From Myxococcota bacterium (GTDB lineage: Bacteria; Myxococcota_A; UBA796; GCA-2862545), in assembly GCA_039208735.1 (NCBI GenBank), contig JBCCQY010000066.1:1-44027 (forward strand): a DNA stretch of 44,027 nucleotides, written 5' to 3'. The notes under the pieces are model-generated. The model made no database searches. It saw nothing but the letters and a program-made list of their open reading frames with translations, and was not told the DNA's origin. The stretch's first letter is position 1, and each line of letters begins with the position of its first letter. Made by a program: the position numbers and the translations under genes. This document shows positions 18,156-27,418 of the stretch, piece after piece.

Positions 18156-18914
18156 GTGACCGCCGTCGTACAGCCCGGCGCCGAGATTCATCCGACGGCT
18201 CGGCTCGGAGACTTCTGCAAGGTCTACCGCGGCGCGGTCATCGAGCGAGACTGTGTGATCGGAGATCACTGTGTCATCGGACTCCCCAGCGCAGGCGAGG
18301 ATGCGCGACCCGTGCACTTGGGTGCCGGCAGTACCGTTCGTAGTCACACCGTGATCTACGAGGATTCCCAGATTGGAGCCTGCGTGTCGACCGGTCACCA
18401 TGTGGTGATTCGTGAGCGCTCGCGCATCGGAGACCGCGTCAGTCTAGGGTCCTTCACCGACGTCGAAGGGCACTGCACCATCGGGGATGACACCCGCCTG
18501 CATGGCTACGTCCACATCGGGAAGGGCTCACGGATCGGACGCTTCTGCTGGATCTTTTCGCTGGTGACCCTCACGAACGATCCGCTTCCTCCCTCAGCCA
18601 TCGAACGTCCGGTGGTGCTTGGCGATGGAGTGGTCGTCTGTGTCGGATGCACGGTGCTTCCGGGGACGTCCATGGGGGACGGGGCGTTCGCCACGGCAGG
18701 AACCGTGGTTCAGGGCGAGATCGAAGCGGGACGGGTGGTCACCCCGGACGGGTCCGAACGGCATGTTTCGACCCTGATGGATCTGACCACCATGACGCGT
18801 CATCCGTTCATCCGGCACCTGCGACAGCGCTACCCCGACGTCGTCCACGCGGACCTCGACGCACTGGCCGAACGCATTGCGGCGACGCGACGTTTCGGAC
18901 AAACCCCCTCGTGA
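18156..18914 (+). CDS. Hexapeptide-repeat (left-handed beta-helix) N-acyltransferase
   Basis: Long run of [IV]Gxxxx repeats; TNDPLPPS resembles the TNDxxP motif of nucleotide-aminosugar N-acyltransferases; SD AAGGGAG. Confidence 0.85.
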   Translation: MTAVVQPGAEIHPTARLGDFCKVYRGAVIERDCVIGDHCVIGLPSAGEDARPVHLGAGSTVRSHTVIYEDSQIGACVSTGHHVVIRERSRIGDRVSLGSFTDVEGHCTIGDDTRLHGYVHIGKGSRIGRFCWIFSLVTLTNDPLPPSAIERPVVLGDGVVVCVGCTVLPGTSMGDGAFATAGTVVQGEIEAGRVVTPDGSERHVSTLMDLTTMTRHPFIRHLRQRYPDVVHADLDALAERIAATRRFGQTPS

Positions 18915-18924
18915 TCAGGAGACC

Positions 18925-19173
18925 GTGGTGACCGAGCAAGACGTGATGGCCCTCATGGCGACGATTCTGCGCAAGCAGGGCAAGGCCACCGACGAACTCG
19001 GTGCTGAACGGAGCCTTCGGGACCTTGGCTTCCGCAGCCTCGATTTTTCGGAGCTGTGCCTTCGGGTCGAAGATGAGATGGGGCAGGAACTCAATTTCGA
19101 AGCGGCTCAGCTCCGCGGCATCGAAACGGTGGGGGATGTGTGCTCGTTCATTCGGCAGGCCGTGGGCCGCTGA
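18925..19173 (+). CDS. Acyl carrier protein (atypical GFRSL motif)
   Basis: ~80-aa acidic four-helix pattern: LRDLGFRSLDFSELCLRVED...IETVGDV; SD AGGAG. Confidence 0.85.
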   Translation: MVTEQDVMALMATILRKQGKATDELGAERSLRDLGFRSLDFSELCLRVEDEMGQELNFEAAQLRGIETVGDVCSFIRQAVGR

Positions 19174-20393
19174 CCCTCCAGCCGGCCAACCGGTTGTGCA
19201 TCCGAGGGGAGCCGACCACCCTGGGTTCGCTTCGCCCTCCCGAACTCCCAGGCGAGGGCCCGGTCGCCGTCGTGAGCGACGATGTGCGCGTCCAACTGGC
19301 CACGGCCGTTGCGCTGTTCAACACGGGACGTCGGGGGCTGGTGCTGCCATCGGATCGACTGACCCCCCGCACCGAGCCCATCCTGCGTTCCGCGGGCTAT
19401 TCGCTGGTCTTCACGGCGACCGGCGAGGTGGTCTGGGGCTCCGACCTTGAAACGAAGTGTGGGGTCGCCCTGCTAACGTCGGGAACCACAGGCCCACCGA
19501 AGCTCTACGTCCACGGTTGGGACTCGCTATCGACCCATCCGGCAGGCCTTCCGCCGCGCCATTGGCTTCAAACCTATTCCCCTGGCACGTACGCTTGGTA
19601 CCAGCTCGTGACGTTGTGGATGTTCGCGCCCAGCCAGGCGCTCACCCTGGGTCCGTCCGACCCCATCGACCGGCTCGAAGCGGCAGCTCAGCACGGTGTC
19701 AACGCGATTAGCTGCACCCCATCGTTTTGGCGCTACGTCTTCCTTGGAGCTCCGAAAGGCCTTTTCGAGCGGCTCGATCTGGTCCAGCTCACCTTGGGGG
19801 GGGAACGCGTTGACCAGGAGATTCTCAATCAGCTCGCCAAGACGTTTCCCCAGGCTCGGATCTCCCACATTTACGCCTCGACCGAGGTGGGCGCTTCGTT
19901 GGTGGTGCACGACGGCCGAGAGGGCTTCCCCGCCACCTGGGTCGGCCAGCCGCGACCGGGGCGTCCCGAATTGCGCATCGAGGACGGCATCCTCTACGTG
20001 CGAAGCCCCTTTGCGGCCGAGGGGACCGACCGATGGCACCGCACCGGTGACCGCGTTGAACGCAAGGGCGACCGCATGGTGATTGTGGGCCGGGAAGACG
20101 AGGGCATGTTGAACGTGGGGGGGCGAAAGGCCAGTCGCACCCACCTTGAACAGACGATTGGTCAACACCCAGACGTTGTGTGGTGTCGGGTTTACACGCG
20201 TCGGTCGCCGATCTCTGGGTCGGTGGTCGCCGCCGATGTCGTTCCCCGACACGCCGTCGAGGACCAAGAGGCGTTTGGGGAGTCGCTGGCCTTGTTTTGC
20301 CGAGGTCGCGACCTCGCCGACTGGTCGATTCCCCGGTTCTGGAACCTAAAGGAGCAAATCCCCATGGGCACCAATTTCAAGGCCTCGCGATGA
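19140..20393 (+). CDS. Short AMP-binding enzyme (acyl-CoA/acyl-ACP ligase family)
   Basis: LTSGTTGPPK, YASTE, WHRTGD, GR...NVGGRK and terminal NFK lysine. Start uncertain. Confidence 0.88.
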   Translation: MLVHSAGRGPLTLQPANRLCIRGEPTTLGSLRPPELPGEGPVAVVSDDVRVQLATAVALFNTGRRGLVLPSDRLTPRTEPILRSAGYSLVFTATGEVVWGSDLETKCGVALLTSGTTGPPKLYVHGWDSLSTHPAGLPPRHWLQTYSPGTYAWYQLVTLWMFAPSQALTLGPSDPIDRLEAAAQHGVNAISCTPSFWRYVFLGAPKGLFERLDLVQLTLGGERVDQEILNQLAKTFPQARISHIYASTEVGASLVVHDGREGFPATWVGQPRPGRPELRIEDGILYVRSPFAAEGTDRWHRTGDRVERKGDRMVIVGREDEGMLNVGGRKASRTHLEQTIGQHPDVVWCRVYTRRSPISGSVVAADVVPRHAVEDQEAFGESLALFCRGRDLADWSIPRFWNLKEQIPMGTNFKASR

Positions 20394-21109
20394 GGGGCGT
20401 CATCGTTTCGGGAGGGTCGCGGGGGCTCGGACTCGCCATCGTTCGCCGTTGCCTATCGGAGGGCTACGCGGTTTCGGCGTTCGCACGCAGCGCGACGGCC
20501 GAGATGCGCGCCTTGGAGGAGGAACTCCCCGAACGCTTCACGTTTTCGGAGGTGGATGGGCGGGATGAACGAGCGGTTGCCGCCCTGGTGCGGGACGCCA
20601 CCGAGCGCTTCGAGCTTTGGGGACTCGTCAACAATGCGGCGGTTGGCCAAGACCACCTCTTGTGCCACCTGCCCCTGACCCGGCTGCGCGACATCGTCGA
20701 CATCGACATTGTCGCTCCCATGGTGTTGACGCGGGCCGTCGTAAAGCGAATGCTGCTGAACGAAGAGGGCGGCCGCATCGTGAACATCTCTTCGATTTGC
20801 GGTTCGCGCGGATACCCGGGTCTGACTGTCTACTCCGCGGCAAAGGGGGCCTTGGACGCTTTCACCCGCTCGCTTGCCCGTGAGGTAGGGTCGCGCCGCA
20901 TCCTCGTCAATTCGGTGGCGCCGGGCTTCTTCTCCTCCGAGATGTCGGAGGTGCTCACCGACGAGCAAATGCAGGTCATCGTGCGTCGAACACCGACTCA
21001 GAGTCTCTGCACGGCCGATGACATCACCCCGGTCGTGGCGCAGCTGTTGTTCCACAACCGCAACGTGACGGGTCAGACCTTGGTGGTGGATGGTGGAGCG
21101 ATCACCTAG
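20390..21109 (+). CDS. FabG-like SDR (3-oxoacyl-ACP reductase family)
   Basis: SGGSRGLG, NNAA, NISS, YSAAK, NSVAPGF, VTGQTLVVDGG; ATGA overlap at 20390. Confidence 0.92.
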   Translation: MRGVIVSGGSRGLGLAIVRRCLSEGYAVSAFARSATAEMRALEEELPERFTFSEVDGRDERAVAALVRDATERFELWGLVNNAAVGQDHLLCHLPLTRLRDIVDIDIVAPMVLTRAVVKRMLLNEEGGRIVNISSICGSRGYPGLTVYSAAKGALDAFTRSLAREVGSRRILVNSVAPGFFSSEMSEVLTDEQMQVIVRRTPTQSLCTADDITPVVAQLLFHNRNVTGQTLVVDGGAIT

Positions 21110-21494
21110 CTTCCGGCTGCCGGTGGGCTGGGGCCAAGTGTGGGTCCACGCACCTCGGGTTCCCGTGGCCCGAATCGGTACACGAAGCACCACGCATCGC
21201 GGCGAGCGGATGGTCTGGACCAACCCCTTCCCCCATTCGGCCTGCGACGTGGAATGCATCGATGTTGACTTGAGCTATCTCGCGACGCGTCTCGGCTTGG
21301 GGTCGCCACACGAGGCCCTACGGCGCTGGGTTCAGGCCGAGGTCAAGGCCAAGTTGACCAACACCCCGATCCTGGCTTGGTTGAAGCACGAGGGACTGCC
21401 CGATGTGCCGCTGGGTTTGCACCGCCAGGGGACCCACCGGCTGTTTACGGTGCGGTGGGGGCCGTGGATTGCGTGTTTCGGGACTGCACCATGA
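21090..21494 (+). CDS. Small hypothetical protein, possible divergent 4'-phosphopantetheinyl transferase
   Basis: STTH...ACDVE...WVQAEVKAK echoes the PPTase SxSH / GxDxE / WxxKEAxxK motifs; last gene of the ACP operon. Confidence 0.45.
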   Translation: MVERSPSFRLPVGWGQVWVHAPRVPVARIGTRSTTHRGERMVWTNPFPHSACDVECIDVDLSYLATRLGLGSPHEALRRWVQAEVKAKLTNTPILAWLKHEGLPDVPLGLHRQGTHRLFTVRWGPWIACFGTAP

Positions 21495-22506
21495 CCGGCT
21501 CCGTGCGGGCGTGTTCGACATACCAACGCACGGTCTGTAGCAGGCCATCGTCCAGGGTCCGGATGGGGGACCACCCAAGCGCTTGAATCTGGGTGTTGTC
21601 GATGGCGTAGCGGCGGTCGTGGCCCGGACGGTCCGTCACGAACGTGATGAGGTCCAGCAGCTCTTGCGCAGGCACCTCGATCACGGCGGCTACGGTGCGG
21701 CAGATCCGCTGGACCAGCGCGAGGTTTGCCCACTCTTCGTTGCCACCCACATTGTAGGTCGCGCCCGTTTGCCCGTGCCGCACAATGTGATCGATGGCGC
21801 GGCAGTGATCGGTGACGAAAAGCCAGTCACGAACGTTCTCGCCGCGCCCGTACACGGGAATGGAGGACCGGGTAAGGCAGCTGCGGATCACGACGGGAAT
21901 CAGCTTTTCGCTGTGTTGACGCGGTCCATAGTTGTTCGAACAGTTCGACACCGTGGTCGGCAGGCCGTAGGTGTGCGCCCATGCCCGAACCAAATGGTCG
22001 GACGATGCTTTAGATGCCGAGTAGGGCGACGACGGAAGGTATCGGGTGGTCTCGGTAAAGGCCGGGTCGTCCGGCCCCAGATCGCCGTACACTTCATCGG
22101 TCGAGACGTGGTGAAAACGTACGTCCTGGCGCTCGGACCACGCGGCCCGCGCAGCTTCCAAGAGGGTGTAGGTTCCCATGATGTTCGTTTCGATGAACGC
22201 CGCGGGTCCCGCAATCGATCGATCGACATGCGACTCGGCCGCAAGATGAATGACCGTGTCGATCCCTTCAGCGAACAGCGCGTCGACCAAGGAACGGTCG
22301 CAAATGTCGCCCTCGACGAGCCGGTGACGCGAAGGGTCGGACAGGTCTGCGAGGTGATCGGGCGAGGCCGCGTAGGTCATCGCGTCCAGGTTGACGATCT
22401 GCAGATCATCGTGGGTTCGAAGCAGGTGATGCACAAGGTTTGAGCCGATGAACCCGGCGCCCCCGGTGATCAGGATTCGAGACGGTGCATGGCGAAGCTT
22501 GGACAT
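21445..22506 (-). CDS. rfbB: dTDP-glucose 4,6-dehydratase
   Basis: TGGAGFIGSN, HLAAESHVDRSI, HVSTDEVYG, PYSASKA, NCSNNYGP, DRPGHDRRYAID. Confidence 0.97.
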   Translation of the reverse strand: MSKLRHAPSRILITGGAGFIGSNLVHHLLRTHDDLQIVNLDAMTYAASPDHLADLSDPSRHRLVEGDICDRSLVDALFAEGIDTVIHLAAESHVDRSIAGPAAFIETNIMGTYTLLEAARAAWSERQDVRFHHVSTDEVYGDLGPDDPAFTETTRYLPSSPYSASKASSDHLVRAWAHTYGLPTTVSNCSNNYGPRQHSEKLIPVVIRSCLTRSSIPVYGRGENVRDWLFVTDHCRAIDHIVRHGQTGATYNVGGNEEWANLALVQRICRTVAAVIEVPAQELLDLITFVTDRPGHDRRYAIDNTQIQALGWSPIRTLDDGLLQTVRWYVEHARTEPVMVQSRNTQSTAPTAP

Positions 22507-22541
22507 GGTCGACCATCGGCCACGATGGCAAACGCATGAGC

Positions 22542-23837
22542 CTATCGCGTAAAGACGCCGAACACGGTGCTATCGAGGCCGAGCAACTGACGGACGCGCA
22601 CGACGAGGATCGCGTTGATCACCACCAACACGGTCCCGGTGGCCAGCGCTGCGCCGACCAGTCCAAATTGGGGAATGAGCAAGCCGTTCAGGGCGATGGA
22701 AAGCCCGGCCGAGAGGATGGACCAGCCCCCGAGTTCGCGCTCGTGACCCGTCATCACCATCAATTGGGTCACGCTCCCGGCCACGGCGGCTACGCTTTGG
22801 CCCACAAGCAGCACGAGGAGCGCCGGAAGACCCGCTTCGAACCCCTCACCGTACAGTGACAAGACTGTTGGACCCAGGGCGATCATCGCGGCTGTGAACA
22901 ATCCTGAGGCGGCCGTACTCACCACCGCCGCGAAGCTCACCAAGCTCTGGAGTTCGCGTCGCCGGCCGGCCGCGTGCAGTACCGCGAAGCGCGGAAGGAT
23001 CACAGAGTTCAGCACGATCAGCACGGAACTCGTCACCACCGCAAGCTGCGCCACGACGCCGTAGATGCCGGTCGACGCATCATCGGCAAGACCCTTGAGA
23101 AGAAGCACGGATGCTTGGTTCTGAAGCATGTTCATGCTCGTCATCAGCAATAGCGGGGCCGACGAGCGAAGCCAGGGCCGCCACGGGCCTTCCGGTGAGG
23201 CGTGGCGAGCTTCGTGGGGCAGGATGCGTCGCCAGAGGAGCATGGCGACGGCCCACGCCGCGATCCAAGCGAAGAGGTGGGCCCCCATCGCCAGCGGCGG
23301 CAGCTGCCATCCCCCCTTCCAGAGGAGGGCGAGCAGCCCGAGCAGCCCAACTGCGCGTACCCCTTGAATCGGAACGTTGGCCGCGCTTACGGCACCCAGA
23401 CCGCGTACGCCGGCGGCGACGAGCCCGACCGAACTCATCACGACCATGACGCCCATGGCGACCATCAACGTGTGCCAGGTCTCGGTGTCGAGCCAAAGCG
23501 CACCCAGGGCGACGGCGAGTGCACCAAGCACCAAAGACAGACCGGCACTCGATCGCTGTGCAAACCGGACGATGCCGCGGAGGAGGCCCCAGTGGCCTTG
23601 CGCTTTGCTGATCGCGATTTCCCGAACCAACAGCATCTCGAGGCCAAGCTTGGCGATGATGCCGAGCACATTGGCGACGGACCAGCACCACAAGTAGGTG
23701 CCAAGCCCGTCTGCGCCGAGCATGCGCGACAATACGATTCCCGTCAGCAGTCCGCAGACCTGCGACAGTCCAAGCAAGCCAAAGTTGATGACCGTCTCGA
23801 CGCTGATCTCGCGACGGACGCGTTGCTCATCACCCAC
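22542..23837 (-). CDS. wzx: Polysaccharide flippase (Wzx/MOP family)
   Basis: About 12 hydrophobic segments, LSRMLGADGLGTY, GIYGV, LIPQFGLVGAALAT; lies between nucleotide-sugar genes. Confidence 0.85.
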   Translation of the reverse strand: MGDEQRVRREISVETVINFGLLGLSQVCGLLTGIVLSRMLGADGLGTYLWCWSVANVLGIIAKLGLEMLLVREIAISKAQGHWGLLRGIVRFAQRSSAGLSLVLGALAVALGALWLDTETWHTLMVAMGVMVVMSSVGLVAAGVRGLGAVSAANVPIQGVRAVGLLGLLALLWKGGWQLPPLAMGAHLFAWIAAWAVAMLLWRRILPHEARHASPEGPWRPWLRSSAPLLLMTSMNMLQNQASVLLLKGLADDASTGIYGVVAQLAVVTSSVLIVLNSVILPRFAVLHAAGRRRELQSLVSFAAVVSTAASGLFTAAMIALGPTVLSLYGEGFEAGLPALLVLLVGQSVAAVAGSVTQLMVMTGHERELGGWSILSAGLSIALNGLLIPQFGLVGAALATGTVLVVINAILVVRVRQLLGLDSTVFGVFTR

Positions 23838-23849
23838 CGTCCGGCGACC

Positions 23850-24605
23850 TCAGGCCAGCTCGAGGACGCCACCGTCGTGATTCAAGATCTGATTGTCGTG
23901 GGTGAACATGATGGTGTTGGCTTCGGCCCATGAAGGAAAGGTGCCCGCGTCCGTCCAGCGACCCACGCACAAGTCCCACTGGAGTTGGCCTTGCTCAATG
24001 TAGGCGTTGTTGACACCTGTAATCTCGAGTTCGCCGCGCTCCGAAACCTCAAGTCCCCGGATGATGTCGAAGACCTGCGCATCGTAGCAGTACATGCCCA
24101 CCACTGCATGGTTGCTGCGTGGCGTTTGGGGCTTCTCTTCGATGGCGATCACCTGTTGCTCATCGAGGGCTGCGATTCCGTAGCGCTCCGGATCGCCGAC
24201 TTCCTTCAAGAGTACGCGAGCCCCTGCGATTTGTTCTCGGTAGCGGCCGATGTAAGGGGCAATGCTGTACTCGAATACGTTGTCGCCCAGCAATACGCAG
24301 ATCCGTTCCCCGCTCGCGAAATTCTCGGCCAACGCCAGTGCGTGTGCGATTCCCCCTGGCGTTTCCTGAACCCGGTAGGTGAGCGCGACATCGAACCGCT
24401 GACCGGAGCCCAAACACCTCACCACATCGCCCATGTGCTCGGTGCTCGTGATGACCAGGATCTCGTCGATTCCGGCCCCCCGAAGCTGGCGGATGGGGTG
24501 ATAGATCATCGGCTCGCGACCGACCGGCAACAGGTGCTTATTTGTTGCTCTGGTAAGAGGCTCGAGGCGCGTTCCTCGGCCCCCAGCTAGGATCACGCCC
24601 TTCAT
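23850..24605 (-). CDS. rfbA: Glucose-1-phosphate thymidylyltransferase (short form)
   Basis: MKGVILAGGRGTRLEPLT..NKHLLPV, LGDN, EEKP, SERGELEIT, WTDAGT; start reassigned to ATG 24605 after GGAGG. Confidence 0.92.
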   Translation of the reverse strand: MKGVILAGGRGTRLEPLTRATNKHLLPVGREPMIYHPIRQLRGAGIDEILVITSTEHMGDVVRCLGSGQRFDVALTYRVQETPGGIAHALALAENFASGERICVLLGDNVFEYSIAPYIGRYREQIAGARVLLKEVGDPERYGIAALDEQQVIAIEEKPQTPRSNHAVVGMYCYDAQVFDIIRGLEVSERGELEITGVNNAYIEQGQLQWDLCVGRWTDAGTFPSWAEANTIMFTHDNQILNHDGGVLELA

Positions 24606-24756
24606 TTGCGGCCTCCGGGAGGTATGGAACGGGTAACCGTGTCCAAGCGGTTTGCTATTTATGCGAGCTTTCACCTTTGCAGTTGTGAGAATCGCTTGTG
24701 ATTCGAGATTGACGAAAAGATCAATCTGACCCTTTTAGCCAGCCGTGGAGCCGACA
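24606..24756. promoter_or_regulatory. Divergent promoter region with a palindromic site
   Basis: AT-rich intergenic region between divergent rfbA and fdtA; inverted repeat AGATTGA-N8-TCAATCT at 24706-24727. Confidence 0.5.
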
Positions 24757-25161
24757 ATGACGATTGCGGACTGTCAACGAATCGAAGTCCCCGAAATCCG
24801 TGATGCGCGAGGATCGCTCGTGGTTTGGGAGAACGCCGTTCCCTTTACTCCGAAGCGGGTCTTCGTGATCCATGACGTTCAAGACGGGGCCCCGCGTGGA
24901 GACCATGCGCATCGCGAGTGCCACGAGGTGGTCGTACCGATTGGGGGTGCGGTGGATGTGGTTGTCGACGATGGGCAGGACCGATCGGTGGTCACGCTCG
25001 AAGGGCCTCATCAAGGCCTCCACCTGACCCCGATGAACTGGCTGCTCCTGCCACACATTCCGCCCGGGGTAGCACTGATGGTGCTGTGTTCGCATCCCTA
25101 CGACCCCGAAGATTACATCCGGGACCGGACGGAATTCGACGCCCTGGTGGGCGCATCATGA
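24757..25161 (+). CDS. fdtA: dTDP-4-keto-6-deoxyglucose 3,4-ketoisomerase (FdtA/QdtA cupin)
   Basis: DARGSL, PFTPKRVF, RGDHAH catalytic His pair, YDPEDYIRD. Confidence 0.92.
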   Translation: MTIADCQRIEVPEIRDARGSLVVWENAVPFTPKRVFVIHDVQDGAPRGDHAHRECHEVVVPIGGAVDVVVDDGQDRSVVTLEGPHQGLHLTPMNWLLLPHIPPGVALMVLCSHPYDPEDYIRDRTEFDALVGAS

Positions 25162-26477
25162 CCGTGCCGTTTCTCGACGTCGGGGCGAGCTACCGCGAAC
25201 TGAAAGAGGACATCGACGTGGCGATGGCCCGGGTCCTGGACTCGGGATGGTTCGTGCTTGGTGAGGAGGTCGAGCGTTTCGAACAAGCGTTCGCGGCGTA
25301 CTGTGACGCGACGCACGCGGTGGGGGTGGGGAACGGCCTCGATGCCTTGCACTTGGCGTTACGGGCCGCGGGCATCGGCCCTGGCGACGAGGTGATCGTG
25401 CCCGGAAACACGTTCATCGCGACGGCCCTCGCGGTGACCTACGCGGGCGCCGAGTTGGTGCTCGTGGAGCCCGACCCGGTCACCCACAACCTTGATCCGA
25501 ATGCGGTCCCGGCCGCGATGACGGAAAAGACCGCGGCCATCATTGCGGTTGATCTGTATGGCATGCCAGCCGATCTCTACGCGCTTCGGCGCGTGGCTCG
25601 CGCACACGGTGTCTTGTTCATCGAGGATGCGGCGCAGGCGCACGGCGCAAGGCTGGATGGGGCCCGGGTTGGCTCGATTGCGGACGTCACGACGTTTTCG
25701 TTTTATCCCGGCAAGAACCTGGGCGCGTTCGGGGATGGCGGTGCGGTGACCACCAACGATGAGGCGCTGGCCTCGAAGCTTCGGTCGCTTCGAAACTATG
25801 GTTCAACGGTGAAGTACCACCACGACGACCTCGGCTTCAACAGCCGACTCGACACGTTGCAGGCGGCCATTCTGGGGGTCAAGCTGGCCCACTTGGACGC
25901 GTGGAACGCGCGGCGTGCGGCGATGGCTCGGGGTTACCGGGAAGCGCTCGGCGATCTCGATGGCCTTACGCTGCCCGAGTGGCCCGACGATCGCCAAGGT
26001 TCGTGGCATCTGTTCGTGGTTCGACACCGTCGTCGCGATGCGTTGCGACAGGCGTTGCGCGACCGGTCCGTCGCGACGCAGATCCACTACCCGATTCCCG
26101 TTCACCTCACGGGTGCCTACGCCAACCTGGGCTACCGGGAGGGGCAACTGCCGGTCACCGAGGACCTGGCCCAGCAAGTGTTGTCGTTGCCGATCAGCCC
26201 TCATCACTCCGATGAGGAACACCGGATGGTCGTCGATGCGGTTCGCGCGGCTTGCGCCGAGGTGTCGTTATGGCTCGGATCCGGGTGTTGTTCGTGGCCT
26301 CCCAGTTCGTTCAAGGAGGCGCCGAGCGGTGGTTGTATGAGGTGGCGCGGCGCTTGGATCGGAGTCGCTTCGAGGTGGAGATTCTCACCGGTCACCGCGT
26401 TCCGGAATCGCAGTACTACTTCCGCAAACATCTCGATGCGGGGGTGCGGATTCACCGGCGTTTGCCCGAACTCGTGA
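25158..26477 (+). CDS. fdtB: DegT/DnrJ family aminotransferase (FdtB/QdtB-like) with a read-through C-terminal extension
   Basis: VPFLD, GNGLDAL, EDAAQAHGA, FSFYPGKNLGAFGDGGA, NSRLDTLQAA. Homology ends near 26270 but the frame stays open to 26477. Confidence 0.9.
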   Translation: MTVPFLDVGASYRELKEDIDVAMARVLDSGWFVLGEEVERFEQAFAAYCDATHAVGVGNGLDALHLALRAAGIGPGDEVIVPGNTFIATALAVTYAGAELVLVEPDPVTHNLDPNAVPAAMTEKTAAIIAVDLYGMPADLYALRRVARAHGVLFIEDAAQAHGARLDGARVGSIADVTTFSFYPGKNLGAFGDGGAVTTNDEALASKLRSLRNYGSTVKYHHDDLGFNSRLDTLQAAILGVKLAHLDAWNARRAAMARGYREALGDLDGLTLPEWPDDRQGSWHLFVVRHRRRDALRQALRDRSVATQIHYPIPVHLTGAYANLGYREGQLPVTEDLAQQVLSLPISPHHSDEEHRMVVDAVRAACAEVSLWLGSGCCSWPPSSFKEAPSGGCMRWRGAWIGVASRWRFSPVTAFRNRSTTSANISMRGCGFTGVCPNS

Positions 26478-27418
26478 ATGCGGCCGCGATCAAGCTCCGC
26501 ACAACGTCGTGGGCCCGTCAGGCCCGCGACGCCTCCGGCATGGTCAGCGGCTTAGCCGTGCCTTCGTCGTTCTACTGGCAGTTCGACGTGGTCTGTCCGA
26601 TTCAGGTCGAGAACTACTATCGCGTGCAACAACAAGTCGACGACCATCCAGGGCTCATCGTGCACCTGATGGGCAACACCATTCAATACAATCACGACAT
26701 GTACGACCTGCTCACGAAGGGCAAGGAATATCGGTTTGTGATCTTCAATCGCGCCCAGGCCGACGAAGTCGCTCACTTGCCCTGTCGGACGTTTCGGTGG
26801 CCGCTTGCGATGGACCTGACCGATCGTCCGCTCCTGCCTCGGCGAACCCGAGCCCCCGATGAACCTGCCCGCATCGGTGTCTTTACACGGCTCTCCGACC
26901 AAAAGCCCATCGAGCCGTTTCTCTATGCCCTGCATGAGCTGAACCAACGCCTCCCCGCGGAGCTATGGGTCTATGGAGGAGGCGACCCCGGGATTTTCGA
27001 GCGCTGCATTCGGACGCTGTCGCTGCAGGAACGGGTTCGATTCATGGGCCACACCCCAGATCTGGTGGCCACGTTGCGGGATGAACAGATCGACAGCTGT
27101 TGGCTCATGTCCGTCGACGAGACCGTAGGCTACGCGAGTATCGAGATCGGTAGCCTTGGCGTGCCGATGGTCTACTGGAATTGGGGGCATCAGCGCCATG
27201 ACGAGGTGTTGGCGGCAACGGGGGGCGTCATGCACGCCTTCTCCTCCGTCCTTGCCTTCGTGGACCACGCCGAAACCCTGCTCCGCGACCCGGCTCACCT
27301 CGCCGATCAGGGGCGGCGACTGCGCGACCACTTTCTTGCCCACCACGACGTGGGTCGACGCATCCGTCAGCTTGAAGACCACTATGCCGAGGTCGTGGAT
27401 CAGGAATGCGTCGCCTAA
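26270..27418 (+). CDS. Glycosyltransferase (GT-B, family 4-like)
   Basis: RVLFV...GGAERW, RLSDQK, VRFMG, ETVGYASIE (EX7E-like); GAGG upstream of ATG 26270. Confidence 0.85.
   Translation: MARIRVLFVASQFVQGGAERWLYEVARRLDRSRFEVEILTGHRVPESQYYFRKHLDAGVRIHRRLPELVNAAAIKLRTTSWARQARDASGMVSGLAVPSSFYWQFDVVCPIQVENYYRVQQQVDDHPGLIVHLMGNTIQYNHDMYDLLTKGKEYRFVIFNRAQADEVAHLPCRTFRWPLAMDLTDRPLLPRRTRAPDEPARIGVFTRLSDQKPIEPFLYALHELNQRLPAELWVYGGGDPGIFERCIRTLSLQERVRFMGHTPDLVATLRDEQIDSCWLMSVDETVGYASIEIGSLGVPMVYWNWGHQRHDEVLAATGGVMHAFSSVLAFVDHAETLLRDPAHLADQGRRLRDHFLAHHDVGRRIRQLEDHYAEVVDQECVA

Noticed and set aside
21445..24605. Complete dTDP-L-rhamnose pathway
   Set aside because: rmlC and rmlD are absent from the window; the cupin has the FdtA-type RGxHAH motif.
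24918..25157. N-terminal extension of the aminotransferase ORF
   Set aside because: Overlaps fdtA out of frame; homology starts at MTVPFLD (25158) with an ATGA overlap.
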